Assembly: GCA_965203445.1 (NCBI GenBank)
Contig: OZ241883.1
Location: forward strand, 1,568,001-1,632,000
Source of the DNA: Candidatus Oxydemutator sp.
GTDB taxonomy: Bacteria; Pseudomonadota; Gammaproteobacteria; Poriferisulfidales; Oxydemutatoraceae
Reading direction: 5' to 3'
DNA: 64,000 nucleotides
Notes under the pieces: generated by a model
What the model was told of the DNA's origin: nothing
The model's database searches: none
The model's input: only the letters and a program-made list of their open reading frames with translations
Program-made: the position numbers and the translations under genes
Shown: positions 9,270 through 18,343 of the stretch, one piece after another
Position numbering within the stretch: the stretch's first letter is position 1
Layout of the letters: each line of letters begins with the position of its first letter

Positions 9270-10142
9270 GTGTTGCGGGTAACCGCCGCGGGCGCGGCGC
9301 GCGCGCGCGCGCGGCAATGGCGCGAGGCCGGCGCGCGTATCGTGCTGGTGCCGACCATGGGCAACCTGCACCGGGGCCACCTGGCGTTGATCGAGCGCGC
9401 CAGGCGCGAGGCCGGGCGGGTCGCGGTCAGCCTGTTCGTGAACCCGCTGCAATTCGACCGCGCCGATGATTTTGCGGCCTATCCGCGCAGCGAGGAGCGC
9501 GATCTGAGGCTGCTCGAGGAACACCGGGCCGATCTGGCGTTCGTGCCGCCGCGCGACGAGATTTGCCCGCCCGCGTCGAGCGCGCTGGGCGCCGTCACGG
9601 CCGGGGCGCTCGCGGCCGACCTGTGCGGCGCCCGCCGCCGCGGCCACTTCGACGGCGTCGCCGTCATCGTCGCGTCGTTGTTCGATCTGTTCCGCCCGCA
9701 CGCGGCCGTGTTCGGCGAGAAGGACTATCAGCAGCTGTGCATCGTGCGCGACCTCGCGGCGCGTCTCGCGGCGCGCCTCGGTTACGTCGTCGACGTCGTC
9801 GCGGTGCCGACCGTGCGCGCCGCCGACGGTTTGGCGCTGAGCTCCCGAAACGCGTACCTGACGCCGCAGCAGAGGTGCGGCGCGCCCGCCCTCTACCGCA
9901 ATTTGCAGTGGCTTGCCGCGCGCGTGCGCGCCGGGTGCCGCGATACCGGGGCGCTGGCCGCGCAGGCGCGCCGCCGGCTCGCGGCCGCCGGCCTGCGTCC
10001 CGAGTACGTCGAGGTGCGCAACGCGCTGACGCTGGCGCCGCCGCGCGCCGCCGACGAGGCGTTGGTCGTGCTGGCCGCGGCCTGGCTCGGCAAGGCGCGG
10101 CTGATAGACAACGTCACGGTGCGCCGCGAGGCGTCGTCGTAG
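9270..10142 (+). CDS. panC: Pantoate--beta-alanine ligase
   Basis: VPTMGNLHRGH, FVNPLQF, GHFDGV, FGEKDYQQ, DGLALSSRNAYL, RLIDN; probable GTG start at 9270 (uncertain). Confidence 0.95.
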   Translation: MLRVTAAGAARARARQWREAGARIVLVPTMGNLHRGHLALIERARREAGRVAVSLFVNPLQFDRADDFAAYPRSEERDLRLLEEHRADLAFVPPRDEICPPASSALGAVTAGALAADLCGARRRGHFDGVAVIVASLFDLFRPHAAVFGEKDYQQLCIVRDLAARLAARLGYVVDVVAVPTVRAADGLALSSRNAYLTPQQRCGAPALYRNLQWLAARVRAGCRDTGALAAQARRRLAAAGLRPEYVEVRNALTLAPPRAADEALVVLAAAWLGKARLIDNVTVRREASS

Positions 10143-10165
10143 CGGCGCGTCTGCGGCCGCGGCCG

Positions 10166-11830
10166 TCAGGTGTGCCGATAGTGCAGCAGCAGCAGCAGCG
10201 CCAGTGTGCCGAGGATGAGCGCGAACAACAGCGACGATCTGGTCGCGTGGCGCGCGCCGCCCGCGAGCGCCGCGTAGAGCGCGCGGCGCGGAATGCGCCC
10301 GCGCAGCGCGCGCCACGCGGCCACGGCCGGCGCCAGCGCCGCGCCGAGCAGCGCCGGCAGCGCGCGGTAGAACCAGTCGGTGTCGAGGCTGATCGTCGCC
10401 GTGCGCCTCAGCCACGGCAGCAGCAGGAAGAACGCCAGCGCCGACGGCAGCAGCAGTTGCAGCTGTGCCAGCACGTGCGCGACGGTGTACGGCGCGTAGT
10501 CCACCGGGTGCGGCAGCAGGCCGTAGAGCAGCGACGGGAAGACGCCGACCGTCAGGCACAGCAGCGCGAACAAAATCATCGCCAGCTGCATGTTGATCGG
10601 CGGGTCGTACGGTTCGCCGCCGCCCGGCCGTCTTTGGAAAAACACGAACCACGGGAACTTGATGCCGGCGTGCAGAAACACGCCGGCACTGGCCGCGAGC
10701 AGCGCAAGCCAGGTGTACGTCATCGCCGTGGCGTGCGCCGCCTCGCTGATCAGCGCCTTCGACACGAAGCCGGAGGTCAGCGGCACCGCCGAGATCGAGA
10801 CCGCGCCTACGACGCCGCAGATCGTCGTCACCTTCATCGTCTGGTAGAGGCCGCCGAGTTCGGTGCACTTGCGGCGCCCGCTCATGTAGAGCACGCTGCC
10901 CGCCGACATCAGCAGCAGCGCCTTGTAGATCACGTGCGCCGAGGCATGGGCGGCGGCGCCGTTGACCGCGGTCTCGGTGCCGATGCCGGCGCCGACGACC
11001 ATGAAGCCGACCTGGTTGACGATGCTGTAGGCGAGGATGCGGCGCATGTCGTTCTCGAGCAGCGCGTAGACGATGCCGTAGAAGATCATGTACAGGCCGA
11101 CGGGCACGAGCACGCCGCTGCCGGCGAACGCCGCGAGCAGCGCATAGACCGCCGACTTGGTGGTGAACGCGGCCAGAAACACCATGCCGCCGGGGCTGGC
11201 CTCGGGGTAGGCGTCGGCGACCCACGCCGACAACGGCGGCGCGCCGGCGTTGATCAGGATGCCCGCGAGTATCATCCATCCGTGCGGGGTGTCGAGCGCG
11301 ACCGGGCGCAGCGTGGCGTCGCCGCTTTCGACGACCAGCCCGACGATGCCGTAGAGCAGCACGACGCCGCCCAGCACGTGCAGCAGCGCGTAGCGTTTGC
11401 CGGCCGCGGCCGCGGCCGGCGTCGCCGCGCTGAAGATGATCAGCGCCGAGGCCGCGGCCATCAGTTCCCAGAACACGAAGAACGTGATGAAATCCCCGCA
11501 CAACGTGAGCGTGATCGCGCTGCCGGCGCACGTCAGGGCGCCGGCAAGCTCGCTTTTTTTCGCCTGGCGCAGCGCGAACAACGTGCCGCCTAACGCCATC
11601 AGCGAGAACGTGATCGCAAACAGGCGTCCCAGTGCCGTCACCTCGAGCGGCGCCACCGTGTGTCCCAGAAAGCGCAGGCGCAGCGCCGCGCCCTCCGGCA
11701 GCAGCAGCGCCAGCAGCAAGGCCGCCAGCGGCGCCAGCAGCAGCCACGCCCGGGCGCGCCCGGCGACGCATACCAGCGGTGCCGCGATCAGCAGCACCAG
11801 GCCGGGGGGGATGAGCATCCAGCCGGTCAT
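10166..11830 (-). CDS. Mrp/Mnh Na+/H+ antiporter subunit D-like (third D-type subunit)
   Basis: Polytopic membrane protein; FVFWELMA, WVADAYPEA, AFTTKSAVY, RRILAYSIVNQVG. Confidence 0.88.
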   Translation of the reverse strand: MTGWMLIPPGLVLLIAAPLVCVAGRARAWLLLAPLAALLLALLLPEGAALRLRFLGHTVAPLEVTALGRLFAITFSLMALGGTLFALRQAKKSELAGALTCAGSAITLTLCGDFITFFVFWELMAAASALIIFSAATPAAAAAGKRYALLHVLGGVVLLYGIVGLVVESGDATLRPVALDTPHGWMILAGILINAGAPPLSAWVADAYPEASPGGMVFLAAFTTKSAVYALLAAFAGSGVLVPVGLYMIFYGIVYALLENDMRRILAYSIVNQVGFMVVGAGIGTETAVNGAAAHASAHVIYKALLLMSAGSVLYMSGRRKCTELGGLYQTMKVTTICGVVGAVSISAVPLTSGFVSKALISEAAHATAMTYTWLALLAASAGVFLHAGIKFPWFVFFQRRPGGGEPYDPPINMQLAMILFALLCLTVGVFPSLLYGLLPHPVDYAPYTVAHVLAQLQLLLPSALAFFLLLPWLRRTATISLDTDWFYRALPALLGAALAPAVAAWRALRGRIPRRALYAALAGGARHATRSSLLFALILGTLALLLLLHYRHT

Positions 11831-11836
11831 CGCCGG

Positions 11837-12037
11837 TTAATCGTCATAGTAGTCGTCCTTGCGCTTGACCAGTTTGCCGAGCGCCAGCGCGCCGATGATG
11901 AGGCCGACGCAGGTTGCGAATCCGAACCAGGCGTAGAAGCCGAAGACCGCGTCGGAATAGCCGCCGCTCATCGCTTCGAGCAACAGCAGCAGCGCGATAC
12001 CCGCGCCGATCACCGCGAATACGGGTTTCAGGTTCAC
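11837..12037 (-). CDS. Small two-TM membrane protein within the mrp operon
   Basis: GTG 12037 overlaps the upstream TGA; 66 aa MNLKPVFAVIGAGIALLLLLE...GFYAWFGFATCVGLIIGALALGKLVKRKDDYYDD. Confidence 0.75.
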   Translation of the reverse strand: MNLKPVFAVIGAGIALLLLLEAMSGGYSDAVFGFYAWFGFATCVGLIIGALALGKLVKRKDDYYDD

Positions 12038-13500
12038 GGCGCCGCTCCCGCGAGCGCGGCGGCGCCCGTCGCCGGCGCCGCGAAAGCGACGACCGCGTCG
12101 GCCGCGAACAACAGCGCGGCGCAAAACAACGCCGGTATCAGCATCGCGATCAGCATCGCCGCCGGCGCCTCGCCGTGCGCGGCGTCGCCGCCCGCGGCGT
12201 CCATGAAAAAGGCACGGTAGAGCACCGGCACCAGGTAGGCCGCGCTCAGGGCGCTGCCGGCGATCAGCACCGCGGCCGCGAAGTAATCGTCGCCGGCGAC
12301 CGCGCCTTCCAACAGAAACCACTTGCCGACGAAGCCCGCGAGCGGCGGCAGGCCGATGATCGCGAGCGCCGCCACCGCGAACAATCCCATGGTGCACGGC
12401 ATACGGCGTCCGATGCCGGCCATTTCGTCGAGGCGCGTCTTGCCGCTCGCGGTCTGAATCGCGCCGGCCGCGAAGAACAGCGTGATTTTTGCGAAGCCGT
12501 GCGCGAGCACGTGCAGCACCGCGCCGAGCAGCGCCGCCGGTTTCAGCAACGCCGCGCCGAGCAGGATGTAGGAGAGCTGGCTTACGGTCGAATACGCGAG
12601 CATTTTTTTGAGGCTGACCTGGCGCAGCGCCATCAGCGACGCGGCGATGATCGTAAAACCCGCGGCGTAGGCCAGCCACCGGCCGCCGTCTTCCAGCAGC
12701 TCGGTGCCGAAGACGTAGAGCACGCTCTTGATGATCACGAACACGCCGGCCTTGACCACGGCGACCGCGTGCAGCAGCGCGCTGACCGGCACCGGCGCGA
12801 CCATCGCGCGCGGCAGCCAGCGGTGCAGCGGCATCAGCGCGGCCTTGGAGGCGCCGAACGCGACGAGCAATAGCAACCACGTCGCCTGCGTCGTATCGAG
12901 GTGTTCGGCGAGGATGCCGCCGGGCGTGAAATCGAGCGTGCCGGCGACGTGGTAAATCCAGACGATCGCGGGCAGCAGCAGCAGCGCCGACGAGCCGACC
13001 AGGACGCCGAGATACACCCGTCCGGCGGCGAGCGCGTCGGCGCTCCTGTCGTGGGTGACCAGCGGATACGTGCACAGCGTCAGCGCCTCGTAGAAAATGA
13101 ACAGCGTCAGCAGGTTGTCCGCGAACGCGACGCCCAGCGCGCAGCCGATGGCTACGTTGTAGTACGTCAGAAACGACGTGATTCGGCGCACCTTGTTCTG
13201 GTGCAGATACGCCAGCGAGTAGAGCATGCTGAGCGGCCACAACACGCACACCAGGGCCGCGAACACCAGGCCCACCGGCTCCGGCGCGAACGCGATGCCG
13301 GCGCCTTCGACGATTTGCGCGACGTGCACGGTCGTTTGCGGCTGCATCGTAAGCAGCGCCAGCGCCGCCGGCGAGACGAACGGCAGCAACAGGTTCGCGG
13401 CGTCGCGCACGCGCGGCCAGCGCCGGCACGACGCGCTGATCGCGGCCAGCGCGAACGGGCTTGCGAGGCACGCGCTCAGCAGCGTCTGCGCCGCGGTCAT
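12034..13500 (-). CDS. Mrp antiporter subunit D family protein
   Basis: DNLLTLFIFYE, KAALMPLHRWLPRAMVAPVPVSALLHAVAVVKAG, KKMLAYSTVSQ. Confidence 0.9.
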   Translation of the reverse strand: MTAAQTLLSACLASPFALAAISASCRRWPRVRDAANLLLPFVSPAALALLTMQPQTTVHVAQIVEGAGIAFAPEPVGLVFAALVCVLWPLSMLYSLAYLHQNKVRRITSFLTYYNVAIGCALGVAFADNLLTLFIFYEALTLCTYPLVTHDRSADALAAGRVYLGVLVGSSALLLLPAIVWIYHVAGTLDFTPGGILAEHLDTTQATWLLLLVAFGASKAALMPLHRWLPRAMVAPVPVSALLHAVAVVKAGVFVIIKSVLYVFGTELLEDGGRWLAYAAGFTIIAASLMALRQVSLKKMLAYSTVSQLSYILLGAALLKPAALLGAVLHVLAHGFAKITLFFAAGAIQTASGKTRLDEMAGIGRRMPCTMGLFAVAALAIIGLPPLAGFVGKWFLLEGAVAGDDYFAAAVLIAGSALSAAYLVPVLYRAFFMDAAGGDAAHGEAPAAMLIAMLIPALFCAALLFAADAVVAFAAPATGAAALAGAAP

Positions 13501-13513
13501 CGCCCGTTTCCAG

Positions 13514-14986
13514 TCAGCGCAGCAGCGCCGCGCCCGCGTCGAGGCAGGCGCGCGTCAGCCACGACGGTTGAACGCCGACGAACAGATTGACGCCGACCAG
13601 GGCCCAGGTCGCCGCCAGCATGGCCGGCGGCGCCTCGCCGGCGCGCCCCTCGCGCTCCGGCGCGGGTTCGCGGAAATAGGCGGCCTCGATCAGGCGCCAG
13701 CCGTAGGCGAGACTCAGCAGCGACCCGGCGAGCACGACGAACGCGAGCAGCCACGCCTGCGTCTCGAGCACCGCGATCACCAGGTACCATTTGCTGATGA
13801 AGCCCGAGGTCAACGGTATGCCGACGAGGCTGATGGCGCCGACGACGATCGCCGCCGCGCTCCACGGCATCCGTCGCGACAGCCCCGCCAGATCCGAAAG
13901 GTCGGCGGCGCCGAGCCGCCACACCACGCAGCCGAGCGCCATGAACAGCGACGCCTTGATGACCGCGTGGTTGAACACGTGCACCAGGCCCGCGGCGACG
14001 CCGGCGTGCGTCGCCAGACCGAGGCCGAGCGCGATGTAGCCGACTTGCGCGACGCTGGAGTACGCCATCATGCGCTTGACCTGCCGTTGCCGGAAGGCCG
14101 TCACCGAACCGACGACGATGGCCGCGGGCGCCAGCACCAGCAGCGCGTCGGTCAGCGGCGGCGCGCGCGCGTCGGCGTCGAAGATCTGGAACAGGACGCG
14201 CGCCAGCAGAAACAGAGCGATTTTGGTGCTGCTGCCGGAAAGCACCGCGACGATCGCCGACGGCGCGTGGGTGTAGGCGTTCGGCAGCCACGGGTGCAGC
14301 GGAAACAGCGCGGCCTTCAGCAAAAGCCCGGCGCCGATGAAGCTGGCCGCGGCCACCACCGCCGGCGACGTCGGCGGCATCCGCGCCGCCACGTCCGACA
14401 GGTTCAGCGTGCCGGTCAACAGATAGAGATAGCCTATGCCAAGCAGGAACAGCGCGGCGCCGACGGTGCCCATCAGCAGGTAGCGGTAGGCGGCGGTCAG
14501 GGCCCTGGGCGTGCGCGCCGCCGCCACCAGCGCGTAGCCCGCTATCGAGGCCATCTCGAGAAACACGAAGATGTTGAACAGGTCGTCGCTCAGGGCGACG
14601 CCGAAGAAACCGGACTGGCAGATGAGCAGCGCCGCGTACACCGGGTAGAGGCGCCGCCGCGGCAGCTCGCGCGCGAGGCTGCGCCCGGCGTAGAGGACGC
14701 CGGTTACGAACACCACGCCCAGCAGCAGCGCCATCAATGCGTTGATTTGCGCGACCCTGTAGGCGATGCCCCACGGCGGCGGCCAGCCGCCGACGGCGTA
14801 GTCGAGCACGTCGCCGCCGGCGGTGCGCGCGAACAGCACCAGCGACGCCGCCAGCGCGCCCGCGCCGATGACCAGCGTCGTCGCGCGCACCGCGCGCGCG
14901 TCGCGCAGCAGCAGGCACAGCGCGGCGCCTATCAGCGGCACGACGACCAGCAGCAGCGGCAGCTGGGCGAGCAGTGCGTCGTTCAC
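13514..14986 (-). CDS. mrpD: Mrp antiporter subunit D
   Basis: GGWPPPWGI, DLFNIFVFLE, KAALFPLHPWLPNAY, KRMMAYSSVAQVGY. Confidence 0.9.
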   Translation of the reverse strand: MNDALLAQLPLLLVVVPLIGAALCLLLRDARAVRATTLVIGAGALAASLVLFARTAGGDVLDYAVGGWPPPWGIAYRVAQINALMALLLGVVFVTGVLYAGRSLARELPRRRLYPVYAALLICQSGFFGVALSDDLFNIFVFLEMASIAGYALVAAARTPRALTAAYRYLLMGTVGAALFLLGIGYLYLLTGTLNLSDVAARMPPTSPAVVAAASFIGAGLLLKAALFPLHPWLPNAYTHAPSAIVAVLSGSSTKIALFLLARVLFQIFDADARAPPLTDALLVLAPAAIVVGSVTAFRQRQVKRMMAYSSVAQVGYIALGLGLATHAGVAAGLVHVFNHAVIKASLFMALGCVVWRLGAADLSDLAGLSRRMPWSAAAIVVGAISLVGIPLTSGFISKWYLVIAVLETQAWLLAFVVLAGSLLSLAYGWRLIEAAYFREPAPEREGRAGEAPPAMLAATWALVGVNLFVGVQPSWLTRACLDAGAALLR

Positions 14987-15001
14987 CGGCCGCGTACGCG
15001 C

Positions 15002-15364
15002 TCAATCGCGCGCGCGTTCGAGTTCCCCGATCAGACGGTCGTCGAGACTGCCGTACGCGCGGTTGATGCGGATCGCAAGCGCCAGCCCGAGCGCGGTCGA
15101 GGCGACGCCGACCACGATCGCCGTCAGGATCAACACGTGCGGCAGCGGGTTGGAATAGACCGCGACCGCCGGCGTCAGGATCGGGGCGCTGCCGTCGCCC
15201 ACCTTGCCCATCAGGATGAAGAACAGGAACACCGCCGTTTGCAGCAGGTTCAGGCCGATCAGCTTCTTCACCAGGTTGTCGTAGGCTATCAGCACGTAGA
15301 AGCCGGCCATCATCAGGAACACGATGGCGAGGTGGTGATAGCCTTGCAGCAGTTTTTCAATCAC
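15002..15364 (-). CDS. mrpC: Mrp antiporter subunit C
   Basis: NLVKKLIGL, NPLPHVLILTAIVVGVA. Confidence 0.93.
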   Translation of the reverse strand: MIEKLLQGYHHLAIVFLMMAGFYVLIAYDNLVKKLIGLNLLQTAVFLFFILMGKVGDGSAPILTPAVAVYSNPLPHVLILTAIVVGVASTALGLALAIRINRAYGSLDDRLIGELERARD

Positions 15365-15791
15365 GCGCGGCCGCGTCCATCAGCAGGTAAAATATCAACA
15401 TGACGACGCCTGCGATGGTCACGCCGACGCCGAGTTCGATCGCGAAGATGCCCAGGTGTTGTCCCGACAGCGGCTCTTCCGCCAGCACCGTGTAGTCGAG
15501 GAAGGCGCCGCCGCGCGCGATGCCGGCGACGCCGGTCAGCGCGTAGAGCAACACGCCCGCCGCCGCCAGCACCTCGGCGGTGCGTCGCGACAGCACCGCG
15601 CCGGCCCGCTCCACGCCGTAGGTCAGCGCGTAGAGTATCAGTCCGACCGCAAAGATGACGCCGGCCTGAAAGCCGCCGCCGGGGCCGTAGTCGCCGTGAA
15701 ACTGCACGTAGAGCGCGTAGAGCAGCGTCGTCGGCGCCAGCGTGTGGGCGGTCTCGCGCAGGATCGGGTTTCTGGTGATAAAGGTGGCCAC
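15357..15791 (-). CDS. mrpB: Mrp antiporter subunit B
   Basis: HGDYGPGGGFQAG, IELGVGVT. Confidence 0.92.
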   Translation of the reverse strand: MATFITRNPILRETAHTLAPTTLLYALYVQFHGDYGPGGGFQAGVIFAVGLILYALTYGVERAGAVLSRRTAEVLAAAGVLLYALTGVAGIARGGAFLDYTVLAEEPLSGQHLGIFAIELGVGVTIAGVVMLIFYLLMDAAARD

Positions 15792-15792
15792 G

Positions 15793-16338
15793 TCACTTGC
15801 CGGCGTCGCGCGCCGCCGGCCCCAGACCGAGCACGATGAGGACGCCGACGCCGGCGGTGAAGATCACCGCGACCTCGCCCAGGGTGTCGAAGCCTCGGTA
15901 GCTTGCGAGCACCGACGTCACGACGTTCGGCGGCCCGACCTCGGCCGCCGAGTTCTCCAGATAATGGCGCGCGACGTGGTCGTGCAACGGCAGCGAGGCG
16001 TCGCCCAGGTACGGGAAGTCGAGCATCGAATAAAACATCAGCCAGCCGACGACGCCGGTCAGCGCCAGTGCCAGCGTCTTTCTCGACGCCGAGTACGCGT
16101 AGTGCGTGGCGGTGGCGGCGATGGTCGCGAGAAAGAATATCGTGCCGACGCCGGCGCCGACCGCGGCTTCGGTGAAGGCCACGTCCGGGGCGTCCAGCGC
16201 CAGGAACAGCGACGCGCTCAGCAGGCTCGACATGCCGGCCAGGAAGGCCGCCGAGAACAGGTTGTCGGTGCGCGCGATGATGACCGCCGTTATCGCCGCC
16301 AGGGTCAGCAGCGCACACGTCAGCAGTTGGCCGCTCAC
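15793..16338 (-). CDS. DUF4040 / MrpA C-terminal-like (MnhB-related) subunit
   Basis: APDVAFTEAAVGAG, NVVTSVLASYRGFDTLGE. Confidence 0.88.
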   Translation of the reverse strand: MSGQLLTCALLTLAAITAVIIARTDNLFSAAFLAGMSSLLSASLFLALDAPDVAFTEAAVGAGVGTIFFLATIAATATHYAYSASRKTLALALTGVVGWLMFYSMLDFPYLGDASLPLHDHVARHYLENSAAEVGPPNVVTSVLASYRGFDTLGEVAVIFTAGVGVLIVLGLGPAARDAGK

Positions 16339-16350
16339 GCCGTCGCCTGC

Positions 16351-16671
16351 TTATTCGCCGGGTGCCGGAGGCACGGCGCGGTGTCGTAGATAGGTCTTGA
16401 AAATCGCGTGTATCGCCGCCGGCGCCGTGATCAGCAAAAATACGATGATCAACGCAAGCTTCAGCGACACCGGGTCGCCGCCCGAACGCTGGACGCCCGC
16501 CAGCGCCAGCGCGGCGATGATCTGCATCGTGCCGAACACGTCTATCAGGCTGGCGGCGTGCGCGCGCGTGGCGAAGTCCGGCATCCGCAGCATGCCGACG
16601 GCGCCGATCAGCACGAACGCGCAGCCCGAGACCGCGAGCATCCAGGCGGCGGCGTCAATCCACGGTGCCAT
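16351..16671 (-). CDS. mrpG: Mrp antiporter subunit G
   Basis: GAVGMLRMPDFATRAHAAS, LITAPAAIHAI; ATG at 16671. Confidence 0.88.
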   Translation of the reverse strand: MAPWIDAAAWMLAVSGCAFVLIGAVGMLRMPDFATRAHAASLIDVFGTMQIIAALALAGVQRSGGDPVSLKLALIIVFLLITAPAAIHAIFKTYLRHRAVPPAPGE

Positions 16672-16954
16672 CGTCGCTCCGCGGCCGCGGCCAGCGCAAA
16701 CGGCGCTTGCTGAACAGGCGCAGGATGGCGATGGTCGCGACAAAATTGACGAGCGCGTAGAGCAGCGCGATGTCTATGAAATAGCCGCGCCCGGACAACG
16801 CCCCCAGGCCCGCGATCAGCGCGATCGCCAGCGTCCCGAACACGTTGATCGCGAGGATCTGGTCGAACAGTCCGGTGGCGCGCCAGGTGTGCACCAGTAC
16901 CAGCAGCATCGCCGCCGTCAGCGCCGCGACTATCATGACCGCCATCGCCGTCAC
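16655..16954 (-). CDS. mrpF: Mrp antiporter subunit F
   Basis: FDQILAINVFGT, IDIALLYALVNFVATI; GTG 16954 overlaps the mrpE stop. Confidence 0.88.
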   Translation of the reverse strand: MTAMAVMIVAALTAAMLLVLVHTWRATGLFDQILAINVFGTLAIALIAGLGALSGRGYFIDIALLYALVNFVATIAILRLFSKRRLRWPRPRSDDGTVD

Positions 16955-17457
16955 CCGAGCCGCGACACCCGGGCCGCGAATTCGCCGCGCCGCAGATTTT
17001 GCGCCGCCTCTTCGCTCAGCGCGTGGACGCGAATGACGCCGTCGCCGAAGTCGGCGCTGATGGTGCCCGGCGTCAGCGTGATCGAGTTGGCCTGGACGAC
17101 GCGCGACAGCGCGCCGCCGGCCACCGCCTCGACCTCGACGAAGCACGGGCTGATCGGCAGCTTCGGATGCAGTATCCGGCGCGCCACGTCGCAGTTGGCG
17201 ACGACGATGCGCCACAGCAGCCATACCGCGTAGAGCGGCAGTCTCAGATAAAACCCGGCGCGGTGCCGCCCGGTGCCGATGACTCTCATGCGCGACGACA
17301 ACGCGGTTACAAGCGCCGCGCAGGCGCCGCCGAGCGCGACCATGGGTGCGGCGTAATGTCCGGAGAGCGCCAACCAGAAGCCGAGCAGCAGCAGGAAAAC
17401 CGCGCTTCGGTGCGCGCCACGCGGCGTTGTGCGCGCGCCGCCCCCGGTTTCGTTCAT
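16951..17457 (-). CDS. mrpE: Mrp antiporter subunit E
   Basis: FWLALSGHY, IVVANCDVA, ANSITLTPGT; ATG at 17457. Confidence 0.9.
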   Translation of the reverse strand: MNETGGGARTTPRGAHRSAVFLLLLGFWLALSGHYAAPMVALGGACAALVTALSSRMRVIGTGRHRAGFYLRLPLYAVWLLWRIVVANCDVARRILHPKLPISPCFVEVEAVAGGALSRVVQANSITLTPGTISADFGDGVIRVHALSEEAAQNLRRGEFAARVSRLG

Positions 17458-17565
17458 GAGGTGCCGCGCGCGGTCGGGCCGCCGGCGCGGGAGATCGGAA
17501 AGGTCATGCGTCGGCATTATACAAAAGGCCGCGCGCCGCCGTAAGCGAGGTCGCGGCGGCGGCGC

Positions 17566-18339
17566 TCACGACGCTGCTCGGCGCCAGCGCACGACGGCGT
17601 CGCACAGGTCCTCGTCCAGCGGACTGGCGGCGACAATCGGCGGCGCGGTGAAACCCAGCTCCGCGTGCAGGCGCGTCATCGCGGGCGCACCGAGCGCGAC
17701 CGGGATCTTTTGCAGCGGCGGGCGTGACGCCGCGTCGGTCAGGTGCCACAGGTTGCGCAGACTGTGGTTGCTCGCCGACAGGATCACGCCGGGGTCGCCG
17801 GCGCCGCCGAAAGCCAGGCGCACGCCGGATGGCCGGCGCCGCCGATAGACTTCGGCGTAGTCTACGGCGACGCCGCGCGCGCGCAGCGTCCGCGCGAGCA
17901 ATTCGTTCCCGCCGGCGCCGCGAAACACCAGCACGCGGCCCGCGCCCAAGTTTTTCACCAGGTCGGTTTCAAGCAGCGCCTCGCTGCCGGTCATGCGCCC
18001 CGGATGGACGACGTCGCCGACGCCGAGGCGCCGCAATTCCTCGACGGTCGCGGTGCCGACCGCGGCCGTCGGCGCGCGCGGCGGCCATCCGGCGCCGGCG
18101 CGCCGCAGCAGATCGTATGCCGCCGCCACCGCGTTGCGGCTGACGAACACCAGCAGCCGATAACGCGCCAGCCCGCGCGCCACGGCGAGGTTCGCCGGGG
18201 TGTCGCTCAGGGGTATGATTTCGAGGCACGGGCGGCGGATGACTTCGGCGCCTTCGGCGGCCAACAGCGCCGACAGGCGCCCGGCGAGATGCGCCGGACG
18301 GGTGACCATCGCGCGCAGGCCTTTGAGAGGCGGCGTCAC
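17566..18339 (-). CDS. hemD: Uroporphyrinogen-III synthase
   Basis: LKGLRAMVTRP, FVSRNAV, AVGTAT, SEALL, RGAGGNELL, EVYRR; probable GTG start 18339 directly after hemC. Confidence 0.9.
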   Translation of the reverse strand: MTPPLKGLRAMVTRPAHLAGRLSALLAAEGAEVIRRPCLEIIPLSDTPANLAVARGLARYRLLVFVSRNAVAAAYDLLRRAGAGWPPRAPTAAVGTATVEELRRLGVGDVVHPGRMTGSEALLETDLVKNLGAGRVLVFRGAGGNELLARTLRARGVAVDYAEVYRRRRPSGVRLAFGGAGDPGVILSASNHSLRNLWHLTDAASRPPLQKIPVALGAPAMTRLHAELGFTAPPIVAASPLDEDLCDAVVRWRRAAS

Positions 18340-18343
18340 GCTC

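Noticed and set aside
9207-15403. Long alternative-frame ORFs over panC and mrp (854, 676, 725, 544 and 502 aa)
   Set aside because: They overlap well-supported genes and are low-complexity Arg/Ala-rich; only the last 66 codons of 11837..13471 look like a real gene.
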